From the IMG/VR virus record IMGVR_UViG_3300005345_000001, positions 16,507 to 80,506 of that record: a stretch of DNA of 64,000 nt. The stretch is one strand, 5' to 3'. This document shows positions 53,551 to 62,342 of the stretch, one piece after another. The notes beneath the pieces were generated by a model, which had not been told where the DNA came from, did no database searches, and was given only the letters and a program-made list of their open reading frames with translations. The DNA comes from a virus (lineage: Duplodnaviria; Caudoviricetes). A program made the position numbers and the translations under genes. Position 1 is the stretch's first letter; every line of letters begins with the position of its first letter.

Positions 53551-54353
53551 AGCTTCACCCTATAGAACACGCCAGGGCTGGCGGTTAGCTCAGTGTCAGT
53601 CCAGTTAACGGAATGGGTTTGCCAATGGACTAGGTCCTGCGAGATCTCCAACACCCCAGGCGGCGCTAGCACAGTGATGGCCCCATCCTTGAATGTTATC
53701 CTGCTAGGTAGCACGACGGCACGCCAGTAACCGGTGTCTGGCATCTGCCATTCGTCACCTACCGCTACACCATGAAGCATGTTAACCCAGTTAGTGCCAT
53801 CGTCAGAGTAGTCGATGTCGATTGGGCTAGGTGCCTGTGCTGGCTCAGTGTTAGTCCAGGTGCTTGGACCAATGCTAAACTCTGGTATAGCAGTGAAGCC
53901 ATGATCTACATAATCAATGAACGTTCTGTTCATAACTAATGGACCCGGCTGGGCTGCGTTATTGGTTACGATGAACTCATCTAGGTCCATGATTTTATTG
54001 ACCACCTTAAAACCTAGCCAACCTACTACGCCTACTCCAACGCCGACGACGATGACGGCTGGGATGAAGGCCAGGCCCGTGCCTTGCTGTGCTATTTCAC
54101 CGGGCCCATCCCATGGCAGCACCGGCAGAACATAGGTAGGCGGCGCCTCCTGCGCCTGCAATGGAGCCACGGCTAGGCTAGCAGCAATGGCTAGGCAACT
54201 AAACCATTGGATGATCTTAGCTGGTAGGTTTGGACACAGCAGCGTGATGGCCAACACTATGGCGTCAACTATCTGGCTCTCGAATGTCAGAGCCAGTACC
54301 AATACGGGCAGCATCATTAGTGCTACCCATGCGGATTGAGTGAACGTGTTCAT
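53547..54353 (-). CDS. Membrane/exported protein with a Verrucomicrobia-style C-terminal module
   Basis: Several TM segments; LEISQDLVHW...VFYRVKL terminus. Confidence 0.6.
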   Translation of the reverse strand: MNTFTQSAWVALMMLPVLVLALTFESQIVDAIVLAITLLCPNLPAKIIQWFSCLAIAASLAVAPLQAQEAPPTYVLPVLPWDGPGEIAQQGTGLAFIPAVIVVGVGVGVVGWLGFKVVNKIMDLDEFIVTNNAAQPGPLVMNRTFIDYVDHGFTAIPEFSIGPSTWTNTEPAQAPSPIDIDYSDDGTNWVNMLHGVAVGDEWQMPDTGYWRAVVLPSRITFKDGAITVLAPPGVLEISQDLVHWQTHSVNWTDTELTASPGVFYRVKL

Positions 54354-54382
54354 ACATGACTAACCTTTCTGTTGTTTGTTTA

Positions 54383-55267
54383 CTATGCCAATGGAGGATA
54401 GCTGCCGGCTGCGCTTATGGCTTGCTCACTCAAGCCGCGCCCAGCCCTGCTGATATGTTGCCGGATCCAATCGCGTAGCTTTGGGTTGATGTCGGCCAGC
54501 CACCTGACATGGTCGGGGTGACTTGAGGTTTTTTGCGGCTGTGTGTCTTCATCCCAGGCCCTTAGGCAGTAGGCCATCACCCTAATCTTCGTCGCCATAG
54601 TTGTTTCTTGAGCCGTCTTCTGCCAGTTAAGGAACAGACGCACCGGACTGCCTTCACTTGTTTCAAAGTTGAACAGCGAACCAGCAAAGGCCAATGCCTT
54701 TTTGGGTTGGACTGAATGGTAATAGGCCAGCGATCCCACGATGTAGCCTATGTGATCCTTTGTGCCGGTCGCCTTTCTTAACACCTCCTCAATGGAATGG
54801 CCCATGTTCTGGTAAGCCAGGAGGGCTTTGGCTTGGGTGAACGTAAGCCCAGATGGGTTAGCACGGAATGCGATCCTTGCTATGCAACCAAGGCTGCGCG
54901 CAAGTGCCGTGGTGTTCTTCATCCCGCTCATGATCATCATCGTCCCAACAGTTCTTGCCTTTCCGGTATCCAACACCTCCATTATGTCAGGTGACCAGCC
55001 CTTGGACAGGAAGAACTCGGCCGTCACTCCACTGCGCCTGACTGCTTCCAACCTGTGCTGGCCTTGGATTAGGTTGCCATTGGTATCAAAGCAGATGGGG
55101 GCCGGGGCCAGTCGCCATGAACCATTCCTCAGCTCGGTGATATACTTTGCGACTGTGCTGACGGAGATGGGGCGAGGGATGAACGTGCCGGCCAGCACTC
55201 GCTTCCAGTGTTCATCCATTATTTCTCCGGCTTGTTTAGGGGTGATGCTAACGTTTTTCATGTCCAT
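54383..55267 (-). CDS. ParB/DGQHR-like domain protein
   Basis: VAKYITELRNGSW...PICFDTNGNLIQGQHRLEAV. Confidence 0.7.
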   Translation of the reverse strand: MDMKNVSITPKQAGEIMDEHWKRVLAGTFIPRPISVSTVAKYITELRNGSWRLAPAPICFDTNGNLIQGQHRLEAVRRSGVTAEFFLSKGWSPDIMEVLDTGKARTVGTMMIMSGMKNTTALARSLGCIARIAFRANPSGLTFTQAKALLAYQNMGHSIEEVLRKATGTKDHIGYIVGSLAYYHSVQPKKALAFAGSLFNFETSEGSPVRLFLNWQKTAQETTMATKIRVMAYCLRAWDEDTQPQKTSSHPDHVRWLADINPKLRDWIRQHISRAGRGLSEQAISAAGSYPPLA

Positions 55268-55274
55268 AACTTTA

Positions 55275-55739
55275 TTATGATTGCACCACGCGCACTCCGA
55301 TCGTCACTTCCAACATAATCCTCACTTCGGAGGTGGCGCCAGTGACGGCGGGCTGTGATGGGGTTGGGGTTTGGATGCTGGCACCGAGCTTGCGGAATTC
55401 TTCTTCCAGGTTTTCCTCGTGCCTGGTGAGCTCTGGACTTGGGAACTCTGGATGGGTCCGCTTGATTGGCCGCTTGATTATCGTGCGCCGCACTTCGCCC
55501 TTTAGAATCTTGTTGCGCACATACCAACCCAGTCCGGTGATGCCACGTTTGTCGGGACGATCGATTCCCAATGTGGCGAACCATTCCGGGTGATCCCTGA
55601 AGGCCGACTGCCAATCAATGTAGTTGGGGTGGTTGCCTTTGCCTTTGTATTCCCTGACCAATCGTTCAATCAGGGCGTGGTGTTTGGCGAACTTACTGCG
55701 TGGCCCGTAGACGGGCTCTGATGGGCTATCTGCATTCAT
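55275..55739 (-). CDS. Hypothetical protein
   Basis: 154 aa, ATGA-coupled to the upstream gene. Confidence 0.55.
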   Translation of the reverse strand: MNADSPSEPVYGPRSKFAKHHALIERLVREYKGKGNHPNYIDWQSAFRDHPEWFATLGIDRPDKRGITGLGWYVRNKILKGEVRRTIIKRPIKRTHPEFPSPELTRHEENLEEEFRKLGASIQTPTPSQPAVTGATSEVRIMLEVTIGVRVVQS

Positions 55740-56206
55740 TTTATGGTTAGTTTGATGTTGATGGCTAGTGTTGATAAGCGGTAGCCATTTCCGCTTCCGA
55801 ACTGCCCAGTCTCGATGAGGTTGGGATTCAGTCCAAGAGCCTTAAGTCTCTGTCTAAACTTGTAGATGACGTGACAGATCTCACTGTCCATCCGGCCGTT
55901 GCCATTGCCTTCATGTAACCAGCCCTCGATGGCGTCCTTCAATTCCTTAGCCGACATCCAGCCCGTCCCTTCGACCCGTCTGGGGGTGGGTTCACCGGCC
56001 ATGGTCAGAGCATGAGCAGCTAACGTAGCCACCACCATGAACTCAGCCAGCGACACAGCGAAGGGATTGACGCCATTGATTCTGATATACTTATTGATTG
56101 TGCCGGTGCCGCCCACGATCCACAGGCAATCGTTGGTGATGTAGGCTTCGGCTCGCATCTGTTCAACCCAAGTGGGTTCCAGGTGGGGAGGTTGGCAGTA
56201 GTCCAT
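55736..56206 (-). CDS. Winged-helix (OmpR/PhoB-like C-terminal) DNA-binding protein
   Basis: VIYKFRQRLKALG...LIETG...GYRL. Confidence 0.65.
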   Translation of the reverse strand: MDYCQPPHLEPTWVEQMRAEAYITNDCLWIVGGTGTINKYIRINGVNPFAVSLAEFMVVATLAAHALTMAGEPTPRRVEGTGWMSAKELKDAIEGWLHEGNGNGRMDSEICHVIYKFRQRLKALGLNPNLIETGQFGSGNGYRLSTLAINIKLTIK

Positions 56207-56215
56207 AAAACAAGA

Positions 56216-56288
56216 AGACCGCCCGGACGGTTAGGCACGCTGGACAAGGAGGTGAACCTACGTGCCCGGGGATCCATCCGAGCGGTCT
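56216..56288 (-). terminator. Long branched stem-loop plus U-rich tract (terminator/attenuator-like)
   Basis: The 15-bp outer stem closes fully on the minus strand with two G-U pairs; inner ggcacg/cgtgcc stem; followed by ttcttgtttt and the ATG at 56206. Confidence 0.55.
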
Positions 56289-56293
56289 ACAAA

Positions 56294-56533
56294 TTATGAT
56301 TCGGTCAGAATCGTTAACAACTTGAGCACATCATTAAGCTTGTTGGTGATCGTCTTCACCTTTGGCGTCACGTCGCGCCATGGAGTGGAGCTTGCCTGGT
56401 GAGATTCGATAGCAATCTCCAAGAACAGCCGCTGTAAAAGATCTTCAGCGGTGAAGTAGTTGGATATGGACGCTAGGTCCTTCTCTGTGCTGTCACTGGC
56501 CCTGGCATGCGGACAGGTTGGTTCTTTATGCAT
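56294..56533 (-). CDS. Small hypothetical protein
   Basis: 79-aa ORF in the operon. Confidence 0.5.
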   Translation of the reverse strand: MHKEPTCPHARASDSTEKDLASISNYFTAEDLLQRLFLEIAIESHQASSTPWRDVTPKVKTITNKLNDVLKLLTILTES

Positions 56534-56548
56534 TAGGTGTTGGTCTTT

Positions 56549-57310
56549 CTATTGTGGATGGTTGAATACGATGCGGGCTAAATCGTTAGCGTTGTGATAC
56601 AGCTGCCGTGGGCGTGGGCCCCACGAGTCCCATAGTCTCTCCAGTGTGCCCATTGGCACCCAATCATGGGTCAGAGCGAAGTTAGGATTTTTCTTGGTTA
56701 GCGCTGACCATTTAGTAAAGGTGAACCCCTTCCGGCGATAGTAAGCTACGTAGGCTGAACCATTTCCGTATTCGTGGTTGAATCTACTATGGAAGATACT
56801 GTCCCGAATCAGCCTAGCCGCTGTGATTAACAGTGGCCGCTTGCGACCAGTGCCGGTGATGAAGTTGTCAGCGTTCCCTCCACACATACCAAGGTAGCCC
56901 ATCATACAATTTGGGAACGCCGGATAGCACAGCATCTGCCACCAGTCGGTTAAAGGCGCTACCGAAAATGCTGGAGCGACTCGGTCCAACCACCAGTTAC
57001 CCAGACTACAATGCAAGGTAAAGAACGCTGCGATGTATGGGAGTGAGACTCGACTGATGCCCACGTATCTGATCGGATAGACACCAGGCGGGAATTCTAT
57101 GACGCCATAGATGTAGGATGGGACCGGCTGTGTGATCAGCCGCAGTCCATCAGGCAGGATGAGGCCGTTAAGATCAAAGCCAGTGTGCTGAAGCCGGTCC
57201 ACGAATTGATCGATCCTGATCTCATTGGTGTCATTGAGGTAAGCATAGCTGTCACTAAAAGATATCGTAGGTTGACGGCGTGCCGGTCGTTTTGGGTTTG
57301 GTTTTGCCAT
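56549..57310 (-). CDS. Prokaryotic E2 family D-like protein (copy 2)
   Basis: SLPYIAAFF...APLTDWWQMLCYPAFPNCMMGYLGMCGG...SRFNHEY...W..LTKKNPNF. Confidence 0.7.
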   Translation of the reverse strand: MAKPNPKRPARRQPTISFSDSYAYLNDTNEIRIDQFVDRLQHTGFDLNGLILPDGLRLITQPVPSYIYGVIEFPPGVYPIRYVGISRVSLPYIAAFFTLHCSLGNWWLDRVAPAFSVAPLTDWWQMLCYPAFPNCMMGYLGMCGGNADNFITGTGRKRPLLITAARLIRDSIFHSRFNHEYGNGSAYVAYYRRKGFTFTKWSALTKKNPNFALTHDWVPMGTLERLWDSWGPRPRQLYHNANDLARIVFNHPQ

Positions 57311-58076
57311 AGAGAAATACGATCCTTAATAGGTTATTGAAATCGATACCCGTGCCATTCACATCACGATCAATTTCAGCGAGGCGCTGCCCCATCGTCA
57401 TCGGTGGGATAGGTGGGTCGTTCGTGATCCATGGATACTTCAGCACGAACAGCGGATCCTTTAACGACCAGGCCTGCCATCGTTCCAGGTCAGTTATGTC
57501 TGGGTGTTTTCTGTAGTTGGCCATGACTGGTGCGCCGGTGACGCTGTAATTAAAGGCACGTCCGAAGAACGCTGACCTAGCCAAGGAGTATGTCTTGCCT
57601 AATTCTTCGTTGTGAATGAATGGCCCAAGGCACATCCTAACGCCATTCCCAAAGTATTCGCAGTTGGCTAAGGCTGGCACGTAAAGTGGATCTTCCAGCG
57701 ATTCCAAGCGCTGTGTCATGAAATAACATTCTGGCCAACGAGTGGTCACCCACCTCGTCCTGTCCCACGTAGATGTCAGGAGGATCATGATCCAGGGCAT
57801 GGCTAGTGTATAGGTGCCAGCCTTTATGGGAGGATCACCTTTATATGTATTCCAATAGCTGTCCGACATCCGGACGGCGTGCAGTTGAGGTGGTATCTCA
57901 AGGACGCCAACAACCACGTTGCGGCCCACGCTGTGCAATAGGCGCACCCCATCGGGTAAGATGCCTGGAATGTTAGGCCCAGCACAGTGAGCCAGTAACA
58001 TCTGCTCGATGAAATAGTTCGATGAGATGCGCGAGCCTTCGCATGTAGCAACGATGTGATCCAATTCTATCTTCAC
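57255..58076 (-). CDS. Prokaryotic E2 family D-like protein (copy 1)
   Basis: LAMPWIMILL...RLESLEDPLYVPALANC...VRMCLG...FFGRAFNY...W...SLKDPLFVL. Confidence 0.75.
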   Translation of the reverse strand: MKIELDHIVATCEGSRISSNYFIEQMLLAHCAGPNIPGILPDGVRLLHSVGRNVVVGVLEIPPQLHAVRMSDSYWNTYKGDPPIKAGTYTLAMPWIMILLTSTWDRTRWVTTRWPECYFMTQRLESLEDPLYVPALANCEYFGNGVRMCLGPFIHNEELGKTYSLARSAFFGRAFNYSVTGAPVMANYRKHPDITDLERWQAWSLKDPLFVLKYPWITNDPPIPPMTMGQRLAEIDRDVNGTGIDFNNLLRIVFLYGKTKPKTTGTPSTYDIF

Positions 58077-58297
58077 TTGTCCTCCACCTTGGTGATGGTG
58101 TATTCATTGGGTTGTAGATCCATCCAGCCCATCGAGCTAGCCATAGCGGCATGAGACGCATCGTCCTTGTCGAACGTGTGCGGCATGACGACGGTCTTGC
58201 TCCACGTGATAGTCACCAGCTTGGTCGGGTTAGGTTTGGTTTCCATTCTCCTCTTGGGTTTTTTGTGTGGTGTTGGCTTTCGCTTGGCTCGCTTCAT
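58073..58297 (-). CDS. Small basic hypothetical protein
   Basis: GTGA overlap with E2 copy 1. Confidence 0.55.
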   Translation of the reverse strand: MKRAKRKPTPHKKPKRRMETKPNPTKLVTITWSKTVVMPHTFDKDDASHAAMASSMGWMDLQPNEYTITKVEDK

Positions 58298-58473
58298 AGA
58301 ATAACAAGAGAGAGGCCGTGATTACCCGGCTATTGACAATCGCATGACCGATTGCCTGTAAGGGAATGGAGGCGGCTAGCTTCAAGCTGTGTTCATGAGA
58401 CAACTCTTAGCTAGTCACCTGCATTTGTGTGTCCATCCACACCGCTCTCTCTGTCCCGAGGCGGGCGCTGGCC

Positions 58474-59172
58474 TTACTCAGTCCCGCTCCGGAAATCGTC
58501 CCGGTCCCAGTTACCAAGGTAGATGGGCTGGTACCGTTTCTTGGTTAGCTTATCCATCCATTCATCTGGGAATGGTGCCGGCTGGTCATAAGCGTCTACG
58601 ACATGGCCCAGTTCTCCGATCGGAAAGCGCACCCCATCCACCACCGCTTCCACGTGAAACTCCGGCCGCTTGCTATATAACCGGCCAACCACAATGTGCA
58701 GTCCTGGCCGGTGCTTTTCGTCGGCTGTGTCTACGCCGCTGGCAAAGGCCGACATGTCCACGTGACTATGGATATCTCCGAAGTAGCGCCAGCCAGCCCG
58801 TAGCAAGGGCACATCGTAGTCCACGTGCCCCGGACCTACTGTCTGCGTTGGCACAACAAACGTCACCTGTCCTGTTTCATGCACAGCCAGTAGCACAGCT
58901 ACCTCTGTGCCCCAACGCGCCGCCACATGGGTAAAGAAACCCATCACCATCTCGAATAGCGGCTGGCTTATGCGCGGATAACGGATGCGTAGGAACGGGC
59001 GATGCTCTTTCAACTCAGCGTGGAAGTCGTCCGTTGGTACGCATGAGGTGAAGAACTCGTGGTTGCGACAGATGAATAACCCATCGGCTGTCACCATGTA
59101 GAACATGGAGTCAGCCGGCCAGGGCATGTCATCGCCTGTCTTTAGGATTATCGGTGTTGTCAGTTGGTCCAT
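58474..59172 (-). CDS. JAB/MPN+ metallo-isopeptidase (PRTRC protein A-like)
   Basis: GTEVAVLL (catalytic Glu) ...GDIHSHVDMSAFASGVDTADE (HxH...S..D JAMM motif). Confidence 0.9.
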   Translation of the reverse strand: MDQLTTPIILKTGDDMPWPADSMFYMVTADGLFICRNHEFFTSCVPTDDFHAELKEHRPFLRIRYPRISQPLFEMVMGFFTHVAARWGTEVAVLLAVHETGQVTFVVPTQTVGPGHVDYDVPLLRAGWRYFGDIHSHVDMSAFASGVDTADEKHRPGLHIVVGRLYSKRPEFHVEAVVDGVRFPIGELGHVVDAYDQPAPFPDEWMDKLTKKRYQPIYLGNWDRDDFRSGTE

Positions 59173-59434
59173 GGTCTATGTCCAGTTTGGTTATGGTTAG
59201 GTTGGGTAGTTCCCTTAACCTCTCGGTTAAGTCGTCTAACGCCTTGGTAACAGCTTTCAAACAACCCTCCGCGATTAACTCCTCAGTATCATAGACGGGC
59301 TGAGTCCGGTTGATATGCTTGAGGATTTTGAGGTTGCCTTCGACTGGCCCAACCTCGTCCGTGATGGTGATGATGAGGTGGATCATCTCGGTGGTGGTGG
59401 TATAAGTGTTCCGCGTTCTTTGTTTCGTATCCAT
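59129..59434 (-). CDS. Hypothetical protein
   Basis: Lies between the Ubl and JAB genes, overlapping both neighbours. Confidence 0.5.
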   Translation of the reverse strand: MDTKQRTRNTYTTTTEMIHLIITITDEVGPVEGNLKILKHINRTQPVYDTEELIAEGCLKAVTKALDDLTERLRELPNLTITKLDIDHGPTDNTDNPKDRR

Positions 59435-59691
59435 CCTTCCGGAAGCTGCACTTCGCCCCTCTCAACTACGCGCAGCCAAGCTGCTGCCAATGAGAAGGCC
59501 CATCCATTTTCGATGCACAGCTGGGCCGCCTTCGGATTGTTGGGCTTGCTCAGGAACCACTTCTCGCCCAACGCATTCATGCGCCTGCTCTCTGCGACCA
59601 GTAGCCTGACCGGCACACTGTCGGTCGGTAACTCTACTGGCATTTGCGGCGCCGGCTTTTGTTTCTTCTGTTTCTTCTGTTTCTTCTTCAT
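59383..59691 (-). CDS. Hypothetical protein
   Basis: ATGA-coupled to the Ubl stop; KQK repeats at the N-terminus. Confidence 0.6.
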   Translation of the reverse strand: MKKKQKKQKKQKPAPQMPVELPTDSVPVRLLVAESRRMNALGEKWFLSKPNNPKAAQLCIENGWAFSLAAAWLRVVERGEVQLPEGWIRNKERGTLIPPPPR

Positions 59692-59981
59692 CCCTTCTCT
59701 CCTGCTTTGTGGATGAACATCAAGGTTTCACCCGCTCTCACGATGGTGTCAGCCGATACGTTTTGGCCATTGATGATGGCTTCCGATCTCTCATCGATGT
59801 CGAACCGCTGCCCGAACCTGTGCCGGATCTCAGCCACTGTCCGCCCGCCTACGGGCAGCCGTTCGATGTACGGGCCGACCGATATTGTAACAGTGCCGCC
59901 ATCCTGGTTGTCATTGAATATGTTGGGCAACCCGGCGCCGCCCGTCTGTTCCTGTTGTTGGTGTCCCTTCTCCTTTTCCAT
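59688..59981 (-). CDS. Ubiquitin-like (beta-grasp, MoaD/ThiS-like) protein ending in Gly
   Basis: VTISVG...LPVGGRTVAEIR...AIINGQNVSADTIVRAGETLMFIHKAGEKG*. Confidence 0.8.
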   Translation of the reverse strand: MEKEKGHQQQEQTGGAGLPNIFNDNQDGGTVTISVGPYIERLPVGGRTVAEIRHRFGQRFDIDERSEAIINGQNVSADTIVRAGETLMFIHKAGEKG

Positions 59982-60082
59982 GTGTCTCTCTCTCTTTCTT
60001 TGGTTTGTTGTTTACTCCGCTATCGACTGTTGCTTGAGCTCAGCCCGAGCACAGTCGAAGCAAATCTTCGGCGCCTTGGTTT

Positions 60083-61715
60083 TCAACTCCATGTCCGGGT
60101 CATACCACACCGGGTACACTTATCCTTCAGCGCACGGTCCAGGTTGCGCGCTTTAGTAGCTGGCATACACACCCAAGCGTCTGCTTTATCAGCCTGCTCT
60201 TGGGTTGTGCAATCTATGATAGGTTCACCATCGATTGATAGCTGTGCGCTTTCTCCACCTAGATTGATCACTTCAACCTTGTCCCGTTGCTCCCTGTTCA
60301 TGACAGCCACACACACCAAGCACACCACTAACATCTCGGGATGCTCGCGTCTGTACTGCTGCTGCTTTATCCCCATCCAAATCGGTTCATCGCACAAGCT
60401 ACACCGCTCCCGGATGGAGCCAGCTGATGGTGTAACTGTGACACGGCTATCCCTGCTGAAGCAGGGCATGCAGGCTAGGATGTGTATTGGTGTCTCCATT
60501 TTAGTTGCCCTTCCATTCATCGCCAGACGGCGGGTTTACTGCCTTCTCCAATAGTTCCTGGTGGAAATCGTGGATCTTGTTGTGTAGTTTCTCGGTGAAC
60601 CTATAGATTGTGAAGTGATGGATGATGTATCCGATTATTATCCCAGCCATCAAACCGATGGTGCCAAAGACGAACTGATCAAGCACACCGAACGCTAGCG
60701 CAACGAACATCACTGCGTTGCCAGCTGTGAAGTAGAAGCAGAACGGCAGTATCGCTTTGGCAAATACCATTGCTATCTCACGCAAGTTGATGGGTTTCAT
60801 AGCTTTTCCAACCACACTAATAGGTCATCGCCATCGAGCTGGCGCCTGAGCATAAATCCGTGACGTTTTACCACGCCGGCTAGACCGCCAAGCAGATAGG
60901 CGTCGCGGGCAGTAGTGACCCGCAGACAGTTACCCGGCGGCAGCTTGAGAAGTAAACCAGTGAGACCTGTCCGCCCGCGCCGAGACGACGTCGGGACCTT
61001 TTCAATTGAGAATCGTTCACTCATTGGTACTATCCTGCCGGTTGATGATTACGTCGGTCCGATCATTGTGAATGACGGTATGCTCGTCGAGCAGGCCAAG
61101 GCTCTGGATGTAATCGATGGTGTCTTGTGGGGTCTTCATGTAGGCAACCTGCACCTCCATCTTGCCGTCCGGTATTCTATGTGTGACGCATTTGCCTGCC
61201 TTAATTATCTCCGGCTCATCCCCATGCAGGACGATGGTGACAACGGTGTGCCCGTCTTTATGTTCAGCTACGCCTATGATCATGGTTGTTTCCCTTTAAT
61301 CTTGGACAGGAACGACCACGTCACGCATCTCGGTGTAGTATAGTGGTCGTCGCTTTAGCCACAGCTTATACCACACTCGCTTTCGTGGGATGCGGCTGAT
61401 CACGTTTGGATCCCGTAGGAATTCCAGATTGATCATGTCCTCCTGCGTCAGCCCGAAACCGAACAGGGTTTTCAACAGTTCGTGATGGGTCTGGCCAGTG
61501 ATGGGGCATTGAGCTGCCATCCTCTGTCTCCAGGTAGCTTGTTCCTTGGCCCCTATTGGAATCCTAGGACTCAATTGGCCCGGCGTCAGGCCCAACAGGG
61601 CACACACCAACACGCCGCAGTTGCAGCGGCTAGCTTCATGCCAGTTGTAGTGGAATCGACCCTGCTCCAAGGCTGAAGCAGCCGCTCGTAGGGATGTTAT
61701 TAGTTTGGTTTTCAT
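60083..61715 (-). CDS. Five small hypothetical genes (60083-60520 Cys-rich; 60501-60800 two-TM; 60797-61024 small DNA-binding-like; 61017-61283; 61296-61715)
   Basis: Tightly packed minus-strand ORFs. Confidence 0.55.
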
Positions 61716-61863
61716 AGAGATTGAATCTGTCCGGCTGTGGTGAAATGCGCCTCACCACAACTACGCATCAGGGCCACGATTTCCTTGCGCACGGATGATT
61801 TGCCATAGGAGATGCAGATGCGTTTCGGCTGATCGGCGCACAGCACCGGACAGAAAAGGGTTG

Positions 61864-62250
61864 TTAACAGATCTCAAAACTGCCGCCGCATTCCCGTAGG
61901 AACTTAGCAAACTCCAACACGTGCTCTTTGTCTGTGTAGTGCGCCGTCTTGGCCCCCTCAGTTCCCGCTGGCACAAACCGCCCGGTCTGCGCGTCGCAAT
62001 ACATGCCGCAATCAGCGGTGTATTCCTCTGGCCCGTCCGCAACATGCGCCTCAATGGCATCAGCCAGTGCATCGCAGTCGGCCTGATTGTGTAAGCCAGC
62101 TCCGTCGTTCATCGACCATCCGGATAGGTCTAGGTTGAGTGCATACTTCTGGTTCAGGTCGTAGCACAGCACGTGAATCGGGCGCCACGACCATACATTG
62201 GCCCGGAAGTAATTGCCGCTCTTTCCGTATACGTCCATTCCCATAGTCAT
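61864..62250 (-). CDS. Conserved-looking small phage protein
   Basis: MGMDVYG...YFRANVWSWRP...EFAKFLRECGGSFEIC pattern that I recognise from phage early regions. Confidence 0.7.
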   Translation of the reverse strand: MTMGMDVYGKSGNYFRANVWSWRPIHVLCYDLNQKYALNLDLSGWSMNDGAGLHNQADCDALADAIEAHVADGPEEYTADCGMYCDAQTGRFVPAGTEGAKTAHYTDKEHVLEFAKFLRECGGSFEIC

Positions 62251-62342
62251 TCACCTCCTCTCATCAGTGTAACCGAAATAGTAACCGTGCCCCTTACGGT
62301 GGGAATAGGAACCGCTAGCCATGGCCCGCCCGCCGAGCCATG

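Noticed and set aside
58370-58420. A third GCTTCAA-loop hairpin between the JAB gene and the small basic ORF
   Set aside because: The stem is only 3-4 bp and there is no ACAAATCA, so it is probably chance.
60017-60130. Possible frameshift splitting a zinc-finger gene (CTRCG in one frame, ICFDC in another)
   Set aside because: It can be explained equally well as a short separate ORF or chance; no homolog is available to decide.
61736-61759. Perfect 8-bp inverted repeat tgtggtga/tcaccaca
   Set aside because: It is an isolated small hairpin without a U-tract or a second copy; function cannot be supported.
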